DNA of 64,000 nt, taken from assembly GCA_026004215.1 (NCBI GenBank), contig BPIR01000001.1, forward strand, positions 832,566 through 896,565, read 5' to 3'. Every line of letters begins with the position of its first letter. Position 1 is the stretch's first letter. This DNA comes from Candidatus Binatia bacterium (GTDB lineage Bacteria > Desulfobacterota > Binatia > HRBIN30). Made by a program: the position numbers and the translations under genes. Under the pieces are notes generated by a model. The model was not told the origin of the DNA. It made no database searches and saw nothing but the letters and a program-made list of their open reading frames with translations. Of this stretch, positions 9,867-20,590 are shown piece after piece.

Positions 9867-10688
9867 TTACTTCGCGCGAGCCAACTCGTCGTCAATGATG
9901 GCCTTGAACTGCTCGAAGGGATATGCGCCCTTCAATGGCCGGCCGTTGATAATGAATCCCGGCGTGCCCTGGATTCCCAGTGATTGAGCCTCGGCCGCTT
10001 GCGCCTTCACTTTATCCAGCGTCTTCTTGTTGTCGTAGCAGTCGGTAAATTTTGCGACGTCGATCCCTGTATCCTTCAGCGCTTCGAGTGTTTTGTCCTT
10101 CAAGTTCTGCGGGTTGATGTCCTTTTGGTTCTCGAAGTAGTAGGCGTACAGCTTCCAGTACGCCTTTTCGCTTTGCTCCAAAGCGCATTCCACGGCCACC
10201 GCGGAAGGCTCAGCCCATGGGTGGAAGTTCAGTGGCAGGTTCTTGTAATAGAACTTCACCTTGTCCCCGTATTCCTTGAGCACTTGGTTTTCGATGGTGT
10301 CAAAGCCGCGCTTGCAGAACGGGCACTGGAAGTCCGAATACTCGACAATCACGACCTTGGCGTTCTTGTTACCCTTGAATGGCCGACCTTTGAGGTCGAT
10401 CTTCTGCATGACCGCCGCAAACGGATCTACGGTCAGGTCCTCGAGTTCACCAAAAACCACGTAACGCCCGTCGTCGGAAATGAGAAACGAAACCTTTTGG
10501 TTGCCTACTTGGATAGTGCCCGTCTTGGCGCCCTTGATTTTCGAGGGGGCCAGCTCGCTCACCGTCACCTGCGCGTTGGGCGGTACGTTTGCCTTGCGCT
10601 TGTAGTACTCGACCAACTTCGAAGTGTCCTGCGCCGTGGCGCCTACCGCCCATAACAGCGCCATCCCGCTCACGATCCACAGTCTCAT
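9867..10688 (-). CDS. DsbA-family thiol:disulfide oxidoreductase (secreted)
   Basis: Signal peptide MRLWIVSGMALLWAVGATAQ. Thioredoxin-fold CPFC active site (FQCPFCKRG). The protein is Lys-rich, and the gene's GC is visibly lower than its neighbours. Confidence 0.8.
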   Translation of the reverse strand: MRLWIVSGMALLWAVGATAQDTSKLVEYYKRKANVPPNAQVTVSELAPSKIKGAKTGTIQVGNQKVSFLISDDGRYVVFGELEDLTVDPFAAVMQKIDLKGRPFKGNKNAKVVIVEYSDFQCPFCKRGFDTIENQVLKEYGDKVKFYYKNLPLNFHPWAEPSAVAVECALEQSEKAYWKLYAYYFENQKDINPQNLKDKTLEALKDTGIDVAKFTDCYDNKKTLDKVKAQAAEAQSLGIQGTPGFIINGRPLKGAYPFEQFKAIIDDELARAK

Positions 10689-10882
10689 GCTCTTCTCCTC
10701 CCAAAGGATAGTTTGCCGCCGGTTAGCACGGGCATAGCGGGCACACAACCGGTGCAAATTGGAAGCGCCCCAGGGACCAGGGAGAATGACCGGCACCGCG
10801 CCGAGGGGCTTTTCACTGACTTTTCACGCGCAAAACCCGCCCCCGCGCTAAGAAGTTCCCGAATATGAAGGAGGCACACACG

Positions 10883-11335
10883 ATGCCGACGATTTGGATG
10901 GAGCCGAGCAAGCGGATTGCGCTGATTGCGCATGACCACTGCAAAGCCGACCTTCTCGACTGGGCGCGATTCCATCGCGACACGCTCGCCCAACACCACT
11001 TGTACGCCACCGGCACAACCGGGGCCGTTCTGCAAAAGGAACTCGGGCTCCCAATCCATTGCTTCCTCAGCGGACCTTTGGGGGGCGACCAGCAGGTCGG
11101 AGCCGCGATTGCGGAAGGACGACTCGACTTTGTGATCTTCTTCTGGGATCCACTCGAGCCACAGCCTCACGACGTCGATGTTAAAGCACTGCTGCGGATC
11201 GCGGTTGTTTACAACGTGCCGATCGCGTGCAATCGGGCGAGCGCCGACTTTTTACTTTCAAGTCCATTGATGTCGAGCCCGTACCCCCGGCTCGTGCGCG
11301 TCGAGCCACCGCGGAAGCGTAGTTTGGGCGACTAG
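10883..11335 (+). CDS. mgsA: Methylglyoxal synthase
   Basis: ALIAHDHCK...ATGTTG...[12 protein letters not shown]...IFFWDPL...[11 protein letters not shown] follows the E. coli MgsA pattern throughout. A strong SD (AAGGAGG) lies 9 nt before ATG 10883. Confidence 0.85.
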   Translation: MPTIWMEPSKRIALIAHDHCKADLLDWARFHRDTLAQHHLYATGTTGAVLQKELGLPIHCFLSGPLGGDQQVGAAIAEGRLDFVIFFWDPLEPQPHDVDVKALLRIAVVYNVPIACNRASADFLLSSPLMSSPYPRLVRVEPPRKRSLGD

Positions 11336-11452
11336 CAGAATTGACTATGAGGTCCCGCGTCTGTCATATTCTCAACACCCACGAGCCGGGCTCAAACCCG
11401 GTTATCGTGGCTCTAGGGACTCACAATCCACTCTGAAAAGGAGGTCGTGTTT

Positions 11453-12094
11453 ATGGAACCACAACGCTCTTTACCCCGTCTCAACGAACCCGCGCCCGAC
11501 TTCGAGGCGTTGTCCACGTTCGGCCCAATCAAGCTCTCGGATTTTCGGGGCAAGTGGGTGATTTTGTTCTCCCATCCTGCGGACTTCACGCCGGTGTGCA
11601 CAACCGAGCTCACCGAGTTCGCCCGCAGGCAGGAGGAATTCAAAAAGCTCAATACACAACTGATCGGTCTCAGCATCGACAGTGTCTATTCGCACCTCGC
11701 TTGGATCCGCAACATGGAGCAACACTTCGGAGTGAAAATTGATTATCCGCTGATCGCCGACCTCGATATGAAGGTGGCGCAGCTATACGGCATGATTCAC
11801 CCGGGTGCCAGCTCCACGGCGACGGTACGTTGCGTGTTTTTCATCGACGATGAGGGCATTTTGCGCGCAATGATCTACTACCCGCTAACCAATGGGCGCA
11901 GCGTGGATGAAATCCTGCGCGTACTTCAGGGCCTGCAACTCAACAAGGCGAAGGGGGTGGCCACTCCCGAGGGCTGGCGCCCTGGAGACAAGGTCATCGT
12001 TCCCGCACCCACGACCTTGAAAGCAGCGGAAGAGCGCGTGAAAGATTCGTCCATGGAAGTCGTGGACTGGTACTTCGCCAAGAAACAACTGTAA
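11453..12094 (+). CDS. 1-Cys peroxiredoxin (Prx6 subfamily)
   Basis: PADFTPVCTTE peroxidatic-Cys motif. SD AAAGGAGG lies 8 nt upstream of ATG 11453. Confidence 0.85.
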   Translation: MEPQRSLPRLNEPAPDFEALSTFGPIKLSDFRGKWVILFSHPADFTPVCTTELTEFARRQEEFKKLNTQLIGLSIDSVYSHLAWIRNMEQHFGVKIDYPLIADLDMKVAQLYGMIHPGASSTATVRCVFFIDDEGILRAMIYYPLTNGRSVDEILRVLQGLQLNKAKGVATPEGWRPGDKVIVPAPTTLKAAEERVKDSSMEVVDWYFAKKQL

Positions 12095-12105
12095 CTCGCT
12101 CTACC

Positions 12106-12139
12106 GGGGGAACTCGGGGAATGCTCCCGAGCTTCCCCC
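12106..12139. terminator. GC-rich hairpin between convergent genes (candidate bidirectional terminator)
   Basis: GGGGGAACTCGGGG-aatgct-CCCGAGCTTCCCCC forms an imperfect 14-bp stem in the 68-bp gap between the peroxiredoxin stop and the MBL hydrolase stop. There is no T-run, as is typical for a high-GC genome. Confidence 0.35.
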
Positions 12140-12162
12140 ATCCGCCACCATCGCGCCGGCAA

Positions 12163-13149
12163 TTACACAGCTCGGTAGCGGGTAACCTCGTACCCATCTT
12201 CACGAACCACTTTCCCTTCGGCCCGCAAATACTCCAGGTGGGCCAACGCCTCGAACGTCGCTGGAAACTGGATCTGCAAAGGGGCGTGCTCGTCAAACCC
12301 CCACGCCAAGGCCGCCACCTCGTATGCGGTCCGGGCCTGGCCGTGCACTGCCGCCAGCATTTCTCGTAACCGGTACTCATGATGCTGGATGATCTGTTGG
12401 ATTCGGCGCTTGAGATCTGGGAACGCGCGACCGTGAGCCGGCAATACAAGGTCAACCGCTAAATTCTCGATCCGTTGCAACGAACGCAAATAGTCGCCCA
12501 AAGGATTCTCTGGTCCTCCCGGGAAGCGTCCGATATGAGGGGTGATTTTCGGCAGCACGTGGTCTCCGACAATGACCAGCCGCTCACGCGGCAGGTAAAA
12601 CACACAATGGCCCGATGTATGGCCCGGCGTGGCAATGACCTCGACCCGACGATCGGCAAACTCGAACACTTGGCCGTCAGTCAGAGGTGTGGTCTCGCGA
12701 GCGGGGCGGTAAAACTGGGCCCAAAACGCGCCCACCGGCGGTACTGGACCGAGACGGTCGAGGGGGATCCCGTGCCGGCGAAAAAATGCAACGGCCTCGG
12801 GGCTATGTTCTCGCCGAAGGTAATGCTGCGCGGCCAAGGCTTCGGCTGGGTGCAAGAACACGGATGCCCCGGTATGCTCCGAGATGAGCCCAGAAGCACC
12901 AAAATGGTCCGGGTGGTGGTGGGTCACCAACAGAGCTCGGAGGTCACCTAACCCCAAGCCCAACTCTCGCCAAACTCGTTGAAGGAGCGCCCAACTTTCT
13001 TCGGTGTACATTCCCGAGTCGAGCTGGACCCATCCCTCCTCCGTGCGCACCAGCGTCACGTGCACGTGGCTGGGCTTCATCGGCAGCGGGAGCGTGAGAA
13101 AAAACACTCCCGGCGCAACTTCTTGCGTTACCTGCTCCGGCATCGCCAT
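12163..13149 (-). CDS. MBL-fold metallo-hydrolase
   Basis: THHHPDHFG zinc-binding motif with downstream His/Asp ligands. Confidence 0.75.
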   Translation of the reverse strand: MAMPEQVTQEVAPGVFFLTLPLPMKPSHVHVTLVRTEEGWVQLDSGMYTEESWALLQRVWRELGLGLGDLRALLVTHHHPDHFGASGLISEHTGASVFLHPAEALAAQHYLRREHSPEAVAFFRRHGIPLDRLGPVPPVGAFWAQFYRPARETTPLTDGQVFEFADRRVEVIATPGHTSGHCVFYLPRERLVIVGDHVLPKITPHIGRFPGGPENPLGDYLRSLQRIENLAVDLVLPAHGRAFPDLKRRIQQIIQHHEYRLREMLAAVHGQARTAYEVAALAWGFDEHAPLQIQFPATFEALAHLEYLRAEGKVVREDGYEVTRYRAV

Positions 13150-13173
13150 TCACAAGATCCAAAACAGGCTCGA

Positions 13174-13386
13174 TCACTCGTGGACGCGTTCCGTAACGAC
13201 GAATGAAAGATCGATCGTCACGTGCCATTGAGCCACGACGCCGTTTTCCACGACACCGCGGATCTCTTTGATCTTGAACCGCCGCAAATTTTGGATGGTC
13301 ACAGCGGCCCGACCAATGGCAACGTTCACCGCTTCTTCGATGCTTGCCGTTGAGGTTCCCGTCAGCTCGATCGTTTTCTCGACCAT
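13174..13386 (-). CDS. Dodecin family flavin-binding protein
   Basis: 70 aa: MVEKTIELTGTSTASIEEAVNVAIGRAA...IKEIRGVVENGVVAQWHVTIDLSF matches the dodecin fold pattern. Confidence 0.7.
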   Translation of the reverse strand: MVEKTIELTGTSTASIEEAVNVAIGRAAVTIQNLRRFKIKEIRGVVENGVVAQWHVTIDLSFVVTERVHE

Positions 13387-13641
13387 GGCAGCTCCCTATC
13401 TTCGGCGTGCACGCTAGGAGACCTGGGGTCGTTCAGCAACCGGTTGCCAACATCTTGCAACCCGCTGGATGAATCCCCACCGCGGACTCGAAGCCGCGCT
13501 CCCGCAAATTCGGGCAACCGTTGTCGGTTCGCTAGTCCCAACGTGCTCCGTCGTAATGGTCAGATGCCCGGCAAGCGGTTGACTCTCGGGACCGCAAACT
13601 CAGAGCTGGTCGCGCGCTCCATCCTGGCGCGAGATTTTGTT

Positions 13642-15099
13642 TCAAACGAGCGACTCCATGGAGCGGCGGGCAAGCTCGAACCAAGGCGTGGGAAACAGCC
13701 CCACCACTATCGTGCCCGCCACGGTCGCCAGTAGAGCGGCGAACAGATACGGTCGTGCCATTGGGGCTTCCACCTCCGCACCACCCTCCGTCATGTACAT
13801 CTTCACGAGCACACCGACGTAGTAGTACACGGACACGAGGCTATTCAGCACGGCAATCACGGTAAGCCAGACATAGCCTGCATCCAGCGCCGCGCTGAAC
13901 AGATAAAACTTTCCCATGAAGCCGGCCAACGGTGGCACCCCGGCAAGGGAAAGCATGAACACCGTCATCGCGAAGCCCAGAAACGGATTTCGCAAACCGA
14001 CGCCCGCCCAATCGTCGAGGTCTTCGTTCGGCTGCCCGCGCCGGCCCAAAGCAATCACCACCGCGAAGGCACCAACGGTCATCAGCGTGTACACGGCGAG
14101 ATAGAACAACACCGCAGCCCCGCCCCCCTCGCCGCCAGCCACCATCCCCACTAGCAGATACCCGGCATGCGCGATGCTGGAGTAAGCCAAAAGCCGCTTG
14201 ATATTTCGTTGTACCAAAGCACTGAAGTTGCCGACGCTCATGGTCAGCACTGCCAAGACCCACAGTGCGTCGCGCCAATCAGCCGCCAATGGGCTCAAGG
14301 TGTCCACAAAAATACGAACGAATGCGGCAAATGCCGCGGCCTTGATCCCTGCGGCCATGAAAGCGGTGACTGCGGTTGGTGCCCCTTCGTAAACATCCGG
14401 CGCCCAACTGTGGAACGGAGCTGCCGCCACTTTGAATCCGAACCCGACGAGCAGCAATGCCGCCCCCGCAACCAACAGCATGCGCTGGTCGGCCGAGCCC
14501 GGTGCTGCAGACTCCGCGATGCGGGGGAGCAAGGTCTCACCCGATGCCCCGAACAACAACGCAATCCCCAAAAGCAAGAACCCCGAGGCAAAGGCTCCCA
14601 ACACAAAGTACTTGAGCGCTGCCTCGTTCGAGCGAACTTGGGTCCGCCAAATTCCGGCGAGGGCATACGCCGCGATGGACATCACCTCCAAGCCGAGAAA
14701 AATGACGATCAAGTCCACCGACATCGCCATCAAGATCATGCCTACCGTGGAAAACAAAATCAGTGTGTAGTAGTCCCCGCAGCGGATGTCCGTAGTCTCC
14801 AAGTAATTCATCGAAAGCAGCAACGTCAGCCCAGAGCCCAAACAAAAAAGGACCGTAAAAAATAACCCGTAGCGATCTAGAGCCAGCACTCCGGCCATGG
14901 TCGTACCGCTTTGGTTCCACAGCGGTACGGCGATCCCCACTGCAAGCACGAGCCCGATCAATCCGATCCAGCCCAGCGCGTCGTAATCCGGCCCCTCGCT
15001 GAATAGGTCTGCAATTAACACCAAAACCGCCGTGCCCGTAACGACGAGCAGCGGCAATAGTGGAATCCAAGAAACGTCCGGGAATGCCAGAGACGTCAT
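13642..15099 (-). CDS. nuoN: NADH-quinone oxidoreductase subunit N
   Basis: 485-aa polytopic antiporter-like subunit. It has the NuoN consensus and sits last in the nuo gene string. Confidence 0.9.
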   Translation of the reverse strand: MTSLAFPDVSWIPLLPLLVVTGTAVLVLIADLFSEGPDYDALGWIGLIGLVLAVGIAVPLWNQSGTTMAGVLALDRYGLFFTVLFCLGSGLTLLLSMNYLETTDIRCGDYYTLILFSTVGMILMAMSVDLIVIFLGLEVMSIAAYALAGIWRTQVRSNEAALKYFVLGAFASGFLLLGIALLFGASGETLLPRIAESAAPGSADQRMLLVAGAALLLVGFGFKVAAAPFHSWAPDVYEGAPTAVTAFMAAGIKAAAFAAFVRIFVDTLSPLAADWRDALWVLAVLTMSVGNFSALVQRNIKRLLAYSSIAHAGYLLVGMVAGGEGGGAAVLFYLAVYTLMTVGAFAVVIALGRRGQPNEDLDDWAGVGLRNPFLGFAMTVFMLSLAGVPPLAGFMGKFYLFSAALDAGYVWLTVIAVLNSLVSVYYYVGVLVKMYMTEGGAEVEAPMARPYLFAALLATVAGTIVVGLFPTPWFELARRSMESLV

Positions 15100-16637
15100 T
15101 CGGCCGATCCTCCACCCGCCACGTGCAGCGCTTGGTCGCTACGCGGTAGGCCCGCCCTTTCCAAATATGGCTCCAACCGATCGAGTGTCACTCGCACTGC
15201 GGGTTCCATGCGCTGCAATACCGGTTTCGGGTACAAACCCAAAAGAAAAAACAAAGCAATTAGAGGAACGAACATCGCGACCTCGCGCGCGGACAGGTCT
15301 CGTAACGCAGCATTTTCCGGATGAGTCAGCGGCCCGAACATGACTCGCTGGAACATCCACAAGAGATACACCGCTCCTAAAATCACCCCCGTTGTACCCA
15401 AAATCGCTCCCAGCGGGTAACGCCCGAAGGCTCCCAACAAAATCAGAAACTCGCCTACGAAGCCGTTCAGCCCGGGCAATCCGACCGACGAGAGCATGAC
15501 GACCAGGAACAAAGCTCCAAACACCGGCAACCGTGCCCACAGTCCTCCAAACTCAGCGATCAACCGTGTATGCCGCCGCTCGTAAATTGCCCCTACCGCT
15601 AAAAATAGCCCGCCAGTGGAGAGCCCATGGTTCAGCATCTGCATGAGACTCCCTTGCACGCCTTGTAGTGTGAGGGCGGCCATGCCGAGCATCACAAACC
15701 CGAGGTGGCTCACCGAAGAGTACGCCACCAGCCTCTTGAGATCTGGCTGCACCATACAGACGAGCGCGCCGTAGATGATTCCGATCACAGCCAGTGCGGC
15801 GATCACCGGCATGGCTTCGACGGCCGCCTGAGGAAACAGTGGTATTGCGAAGCGAAGAAAGCCGTACGTGCCCATCTTCAACAAGATTGCCGCCAGAATG
15901 ACAGACCCCCCAGTGGGCGCCTCGGTATGCGCGTCCGGCAACCAGGTGTGCAGCGGAAACATGGGAACCTTGATGGCAAAGGCCAGCGCAAAGGCGGCAA
16001 ACAACAACCGCTGCACGTCGAGCGACAAATGCAATTGCAGCAAATGCTCCCAGGCAAAGCTGTACTGCCCGACCTGCTGGTGGTGCGCCAGCGCGAGGTA
16101 AATGATCGCCACCAGCATCAGTAAGCTACCGGCCATGGTGTACAGCACCAACTTGATTGCCGCGTAGATCCGCCTCTCTCCGCCCCAAATCCCGATCAGA
16201 AAATACATCGGGATCAGCATGAGCTCCCAAAACACGTAAAAGAGAAACAAATCGGTGGCCACCAAAGCCCCGAGCATGGCACTTTCCATGACCAGGAGGA
16301 GCACCAAATACTCCTTCAAGCGGTGGTGCACGTCCCAGGCCTGCACACACACGATGGGCATGAGGAAGGTCGTCAGCAACACGAGGAATAAGCTGATGCC
16401 GTCCACCCCGAGCATGTAATGAATCCCAAAGCGTGGAATCCATGCAGCACGCTCGACCCACTGCAGCCCGCCGTGCACCCCATCGAACTCGGCAACGAGC
16501 CACAGGGAAAAAGCGAAGGGCACAAGTGAAAACACCAGTGCTGCCCGTCGCAATGCCTGCGTTTGCTCTCGGGCGACGAACAAGAGCACTAAAGCGCCCA
16601 GTAGTGGCGTGAACACTATTGCCGACAGCAATGGCAT
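15096..16637 (-). CDS. nuoM: NADH-quinone oxidoreductase subunit M
   Basis: 513-aa antiporter-like subunit. There is a 4-bp overlap with nuoN. Confidence 0.9.
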   Translation of the reverse strand: MPLLSAIVFTPLLGALVLLFVAREQTQALRRAALVFSLVPFAFSLWLVAEFDGVHGGLQWVERAAWIPRFGIHYMLGVDGISLFLVLLTTFLMPIVCVQAWDVHHRLKEYLVLLLVMESAMLGALVATDLFLFYVFWELMLIPMYFLIGIWGGERRIYAAIKLVLYTMAGSLLMLVAIIYLALAHHQQVGQYSFAWEHLLQLHLSLDVQRLLFAAFALAFAIKVPMFPLHTWLPDAHTEAPTGGSVILAAILLKMGTYGFLRFAIPLFPQAAVEAMPVIAALAVIGIIYGALVCMVQPDLKRLVAYSSVSHLGFVMLGMAALTLQGVQGSLMQMLNHGLSTGGLFLAVGAIYERRHTRLIAEFGGLWARLPVFGALFLVVMLSSVGLPGLNGFVGEFLILLGAFGRYPLGAILGTTGVILGAVYLLWMFQRVMFGPLTHPENAALRDLSAREVAMFVPLIALFFLLGLYPKPVLQRMEPAVRVTLDRLEPYLERAGLPRSDQALHVAGGGSAE

Positions 16638-16662
16638 CGTCTCCGCTCCGTCCTACCGCTCT

Positions 16663-18606
16663 TCACCCGCGCCCCAGGAAGTACCCGACCAAGAGCAAGG
16701 CGCCCACTAACAACGACAGCGCATAATGTTGGACATTCCCAGTCTGCCAACGTCTCAGCCAGCGCCCCCCTTCTTCGGCTGCATCTCCTGCGCCGTTCAC
16801 GGCTCCATCGATCACAGCAACATCGAACTGGCGCCACAATGCATGAGCCAACTGCACCACTGGGCGCACAAACACAGCCTCGTAGAGCTCATCTACGTAG
16901 TACTTGTTCCACAGTAGCCGATAGACTGCGCGGAACTGACGGGCGACTTGCTCAGGGAGTTCGGGAACTTGGACATAAAACCGATAAGCCACGCCAATAC
17001 CGACGACGGCGGCCAGAACGGAGACCGCCATGAGCATCAACTCGAGCCCAAGCTCGCCGTGGTGTTCGCCATGCGCGGCTGCGGAAAGCACCGGGGCCAG
17101 AAAAGCCCCAAACCGATCGCCCCAAGCCAAAAAGTCAGGCAAACCCACGTAGCCGCCAACCACAGACAGGACCGCCAGCGCCAGCAGCGGTACCGTCATG
17201 GAACGCGGCGACTCGTGGATGTGCGCCCGCGTGTGCGCGTCGGCCCGACACTCCCCCCAGAAAACCAAGAAGAACAACCGGAACATGTAAAACGCCGTGA
17301 GTGTGGCCCCTAGAACGCCCAACCCCCAAAGGGCGGGCGAATGCGCAAACGCCCGAGCCAAAATCATATCCTTACTGAAAAAGCCGGCCAGTCCCGGAAC
17401 ACCCGCGATCGCCAGCGTCCCCACCAGAAAGGTACCATAGGTGACCGGCATCCAACTCCGCAGCCCCCCCATCTTCCGAATGTCCTGCTCGCCACCCATC
17501 CCGTGAATCACACTGCCGGCACCCAGAAACAACAGCGCCTTGAAAAACGCATGAGTCACCAGGTGGAAAATCCCCGCCGAAAATGCACTCACACCTACCG
17601 CCAAGAACATGTAACCGAGCTGGCTAATCGTAGAGTACGCCAACACCTTCTTGATGTCCGTTTGCACCAGCCCAATCGTGGCAGCGAACACCGCCGTGAG
17701 CGCGCCCACTATGGCGACCACCTCCAATGCCAGCGGCGCCAGTTCGTAAAGCCCGTGTAGTCGAGCAATCATATAAACGCCCGCAGTCACCATTGTGGCC
17801 GCGTGAATGAGTGCACTGACCGGCGTGGGCCCCGCCATGGCATCCGGCAACCAAACATAGAGAGGCAATTGCGCAGACTTGCCCGTAGCCCCCACAAACA
17901 ACAGCAACGCCACTGCTGTGACGACGCCAGGGGGCAACTCTGGGGCACGCCCGGCGATTTCGCTGAACGACAAGGAATGGCTGCCCGGTCCGAGGTTCCA
18001 CAGCAACAAGAAGATCCCGACCAAGAAAGCCGCGTCACCCACACGGTTGACAATGAAAGCCTTCTTGCCGGCGCTCGCATTGGCGTCGTTGTCGTACCAA
18101 AAGCCGATGAGCAAATACGAGCACAACCCAACGCCCTCCCAGCCGACAAAAAGCAGGACGAGGTTGTCCGCCATGACCAACACGAGCATCGCCACGGTAA
18201 ACAAGTTCAGGTAGGCGAAATACCGCGCGTAACTCGGGTCGTCGTGCATGTAGCCGACCGAGTACACGTGAATGAGGAAGCCGACCCCGGTGACCACCAG
18301 GATCATCACCGCGCTCAAGGCATCCACCCGCAGCGCGAACGGAACATCCAAGCTACCCACCGGCAGCCACTGCCACAGCACCTGCTGCAACACCAAACCC
18401 GGTGGGCCGGACCAAATCTGGAAGAAGGCAAAAAGAGATACACAGAAAGCCGCCCCGACCACCGCAGGACCAACGACGCTGACCGCTCGTTTGCCCAAAC
18501 GGTTGCCCAAGAAAATGTGGAACAATACCCCCAATGCCGGAAACGCAGGAATCCACCACAAGAAGCGCACAGTTTGCAGCGTGAGCGCAGAGCCGACCTC
18601 GTGCAT
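16663..18606 (-). CDS. nuoL: NADH-quinone oxidoreductase subunit L
   Basis: 647 aa, including the long C-terminal amphipathic helix region typical of NuoL. Confidence 0.9.
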   Translation of the reverse strand: MHEVGSALTLQTVRFLWWIPAFPALGVLFHIFLGNRLGKRAVSVVGPAVVGAAFCVSLFAFFQIWSGPPGLVLQQVLWQWLPVGSLDVPFALRVDALSAVMILVVTGVGFLIHVYSVGYMHDDPSYARYFAYLNLFTVAMLVLVMADNLVLLFVGWEGVGLCSYLLIGFWYDNDANASAGKKAFIVNRVGDAAFLVGIFLLLWNLGPGSHSLSFSEIAGRAPELPPGVVTAVALLLFVGATGKSAQLPLYVWLPDAMAGPTPVSALIHAATMVTAGVYMIARLHGLYELAPLALEVVAIVGALTAVFAATIGLVQTDIKKVLAYSTISQLGYMFLAVGVSAFSAGIFHLVTHAFFKALLFLGAGSVIHGMGGEQDIRKMGGLRSWMPVTYGTFLVGTLAIAGVPGLAGFFSKDMILARAFAHSPALWGLGVLGATLTAFYMFRLFFLVFWGECRADAHTRAHIHESPRSMTVPLLALAVLSVVGGYVGLPDFLAWGDRFGAFLAPVLSAAAHGEHHGELGLELMLMAVSVLAAVVGIGVAYRFYVQVPELPEQVARQFRAVYRLLWNKYYVDELYEAVFVRPVVQLAHALWRQFDVAVIDGAVNGAGDAAEEGGRWLRRWQTGNVQHYALSLLVGALLLVGYFLGRG

Positions 18607-18610
18607 CGTT

Positions 18611-18919
18611 TCACCACCGGAGCAAGTTGATTTCGTCTGCGTTGACGGTCTCCCGATTGCGAAACACCGCCAAAATAATGGCCAAGCCCACTGCTGCCTC
18701 TGCGGCCGCCACTGTCATGACGAAAAACACCATCACTTGCCCATCCATTGCTTGTTGCTGCCGCGACAGCGCTACAAACACCAAGTTGACCGCATTCAAC
18801 ATGAGCTCGATGGACATGAACATGATGATGAGGTTCCGCCGCACCAGGACGCCCAGAGCCCCGATCGTGAACAGCAACACACCGAGAATGAGGTACCAAG
18901 ACGCTGGAACTGCTGTCAT
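18611..18919 (-). CDS. nuoK: NADH-quinone oxidoreductase subunit K
   Basis: 102 aa with 3 TM segments. The sequence [15 protein letters not shown] is typical of NuoK. Confidence 0.9.
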   Translation of the reverse strand: MTAVPASWYLILGVLLFTIGALGVLVRRNLIIMFMSIELMLNAVNLVFVALSRQQQAMDGQVMVFFVMTVAAAEAAVGLAIILAVFRNRETVNADEINLLRW

Positions 18920-19425
18920 CGCTGGATCTTCCTCGCCAAAACCACAGCTCCCACAATGGCCACGAGCAGCAGCACCGAGGTGACCTCGAATGCCAATGCA
19001 TGGCGGGTAAACAGCCTCTCCGCCAGCGCCTGAATCGATCCAAAGCTCGGGCCCACAGCAGCTTCTACCCCCGGGCCGGGCATCGCGGGCAAGCCCCGCA
19101 AGGCCACCGCCCCCATCAAGACCACAAACACCAAGGAGAAGACCACAGCGATGGTCCGTTGGCCCGGGCGCGCGCTTTCCACCGGCTCATGCTGCAAGTT
19201 GAGCAGCATGATCACAAACAGGAACAACACCATAATCGCGCCCGCGTACACGATCACCTGGAGGGCAGCGAGCATGCGGGCATCGAGCAAGAAAAACATC
19301 ACCGCCAAGAAAAACAACGCAACCACGAGAGACAACGCCGAACGCACCGGGCTTCGGGCCAGCACGACGCCCAGGCTAAACAGCACCAAGGGTATGGACA
19401 AACAAAAAAACAGTATTGGACTCAA
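18916..19425 (-). CDS. nuoJ: NADH-quinone oxidoreductase subunit J
   Basis: 169-aa membrane subunit that overlaps nuoK and lies directly downstream of nuoH. Confidence 0.85.
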   Translation of the reverse strand: MSPILFFCLSIPLVLFSLGVVLARSPVRSALSLVVALFFLAVMFFLLDARMLAALQVIVYAGAIMVLFLFVIMLLNLQHEPVESARPGQRTIAVVFSLVFVVLMGAVALRGLPAMPGPGVEAAVGPSFGSIQALAERLFTRHALAFEVTSVLLLVAIVGAVVLARKIQR

Positions 19426-19429
19426 CGCC

Positions 19430-20521
19430 TCACCCTCGCACCCACAACAGCACGGCGGCGGTCAACACAAGATTCGCCAACCCTATGGGAAGCATGACCT
19501 TCCAGCCGAACCACATGAGCTGGTCATAACGCAACCGCGGCATGGTCCAGCGCACCAAAACTTGCAGGCAGCAAAACACAAACACCTTGACCATGTACGA
19601 GAGCACCTGCAGCAGCACGACAACAATGTGGGGAAGTGCCAAACTCCAGCCCCACGGGAACACAAACCCTTCCGCGGTCAAGAACGGCACTTGCCACCCG
19701 CCAAAGAAGAACGTCGTGACTACGGCAGACACGACCGCGATTTCTACAAAGTCGGTCATGAAGAACATGAGGTACTTAATTCCAGAGTACTCCGTGAAGT
19801 ACCCGCTCACGATTTCCGATTCGCCCTCCGGCAAATCGAATGGCGCGCGCTTGGTCTCGGCGATCCCCGCGATCAAAAGCAACACAAACGCCACGGGCTG
19901 GTACCAGATGCCCCAAGCCGGGATCCAGCCGCCAATCATCCGACCCTGGCTGCGCACAATTTCCTGGAAGTCCAGCGATCCAAAAGTCAAAACCACCGCC
20001 GCCACCGATAGCCCCATCGCCAACTCGTACGAGATCATTTGGGCAGAGCCACGGATCCCGCCAAGCAAGGACAAACGGTTATTGGACGCCCACCCTCCGA
20101 GAACCACTCCGTACACGCCCAGCGATGTCATCGCCAGCAAGAACAGCACACCGACATCCACCTCCACGGCCTGCAAGTTCACCACCAGGTCGCCGATTTC
20201 GAGTCGGTCCCCAAACGGAATCACGGCAAAGGCAACGATGGCGGGAAACAAACTGACGCAAGGCGCTAACGTGTGCAGCAAGCGATCCACACCGCGCGGA
20301 ATCACATCCTCCTTGGTTAAGAATTTGATCGGATCCGCGAGCAACGTGTTCACCAACCCTGCGCCCGCGAAGCCAAAAATCGCGGCTCGGTTCGCTCCAA
20401 TGCGGTCCTGGATCAACGCGCTGCCCTTGCGCTCCACCCACCCGAGAATTCCGGCCAGGTTGAGCACCATGCCGATAACGATCAGCGCCTTGATGGCCGA
20501 GACGACAATCAACGTGACCAT
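19430..20521 (-). CDS. nuoH: NADH-quinone oxidoreductase subunit H
   Basis: 363 aa with the NuoH/ND1 consensus. Its stop is only 5 bp from the nuoJ start, so no nuoI lies between them. Confidence 0.9.
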   Translation of the reverse strand: MVTLIVVSAIKALIVIGMVLNLAGILGWVERKGSALIQDRIGANRAAIFGFAGAGLVNTLLADPIKFLTKEDVIPRGVDRLLHTLAPCVSLFPAIVAFAVIPFGDRLEIGDLVVNLQAVEVDVGVLFLLAMTSLGVYGVVLGGWASNNRLSLLGGIRGSAQMISYELAMGLSVAAVVLTFGSLDFQEIVRSQGRMIGGWIPAWGIWYQPVAFVLLLIAGIAETKRAPFDLPEGESEIVSGYFTEYSGIKYLMFFMTDFVEIAVVSAVVTTFFFGGWQVPFLTAEGFVFPWGWSLALPHIVVVLLQVLSYMVKVFVFCCLQVLVRWTMPRLRYDQLMWFGWKVMLPIGLANLVLTAAVLLWVRG

Positions 20522-20590
20522 GAGAGCTTCCGCAGACCTAAGACGCCCACGGCCCGATCAAAGCGCACTGTCCGAGGGCATGGTTCGGTC

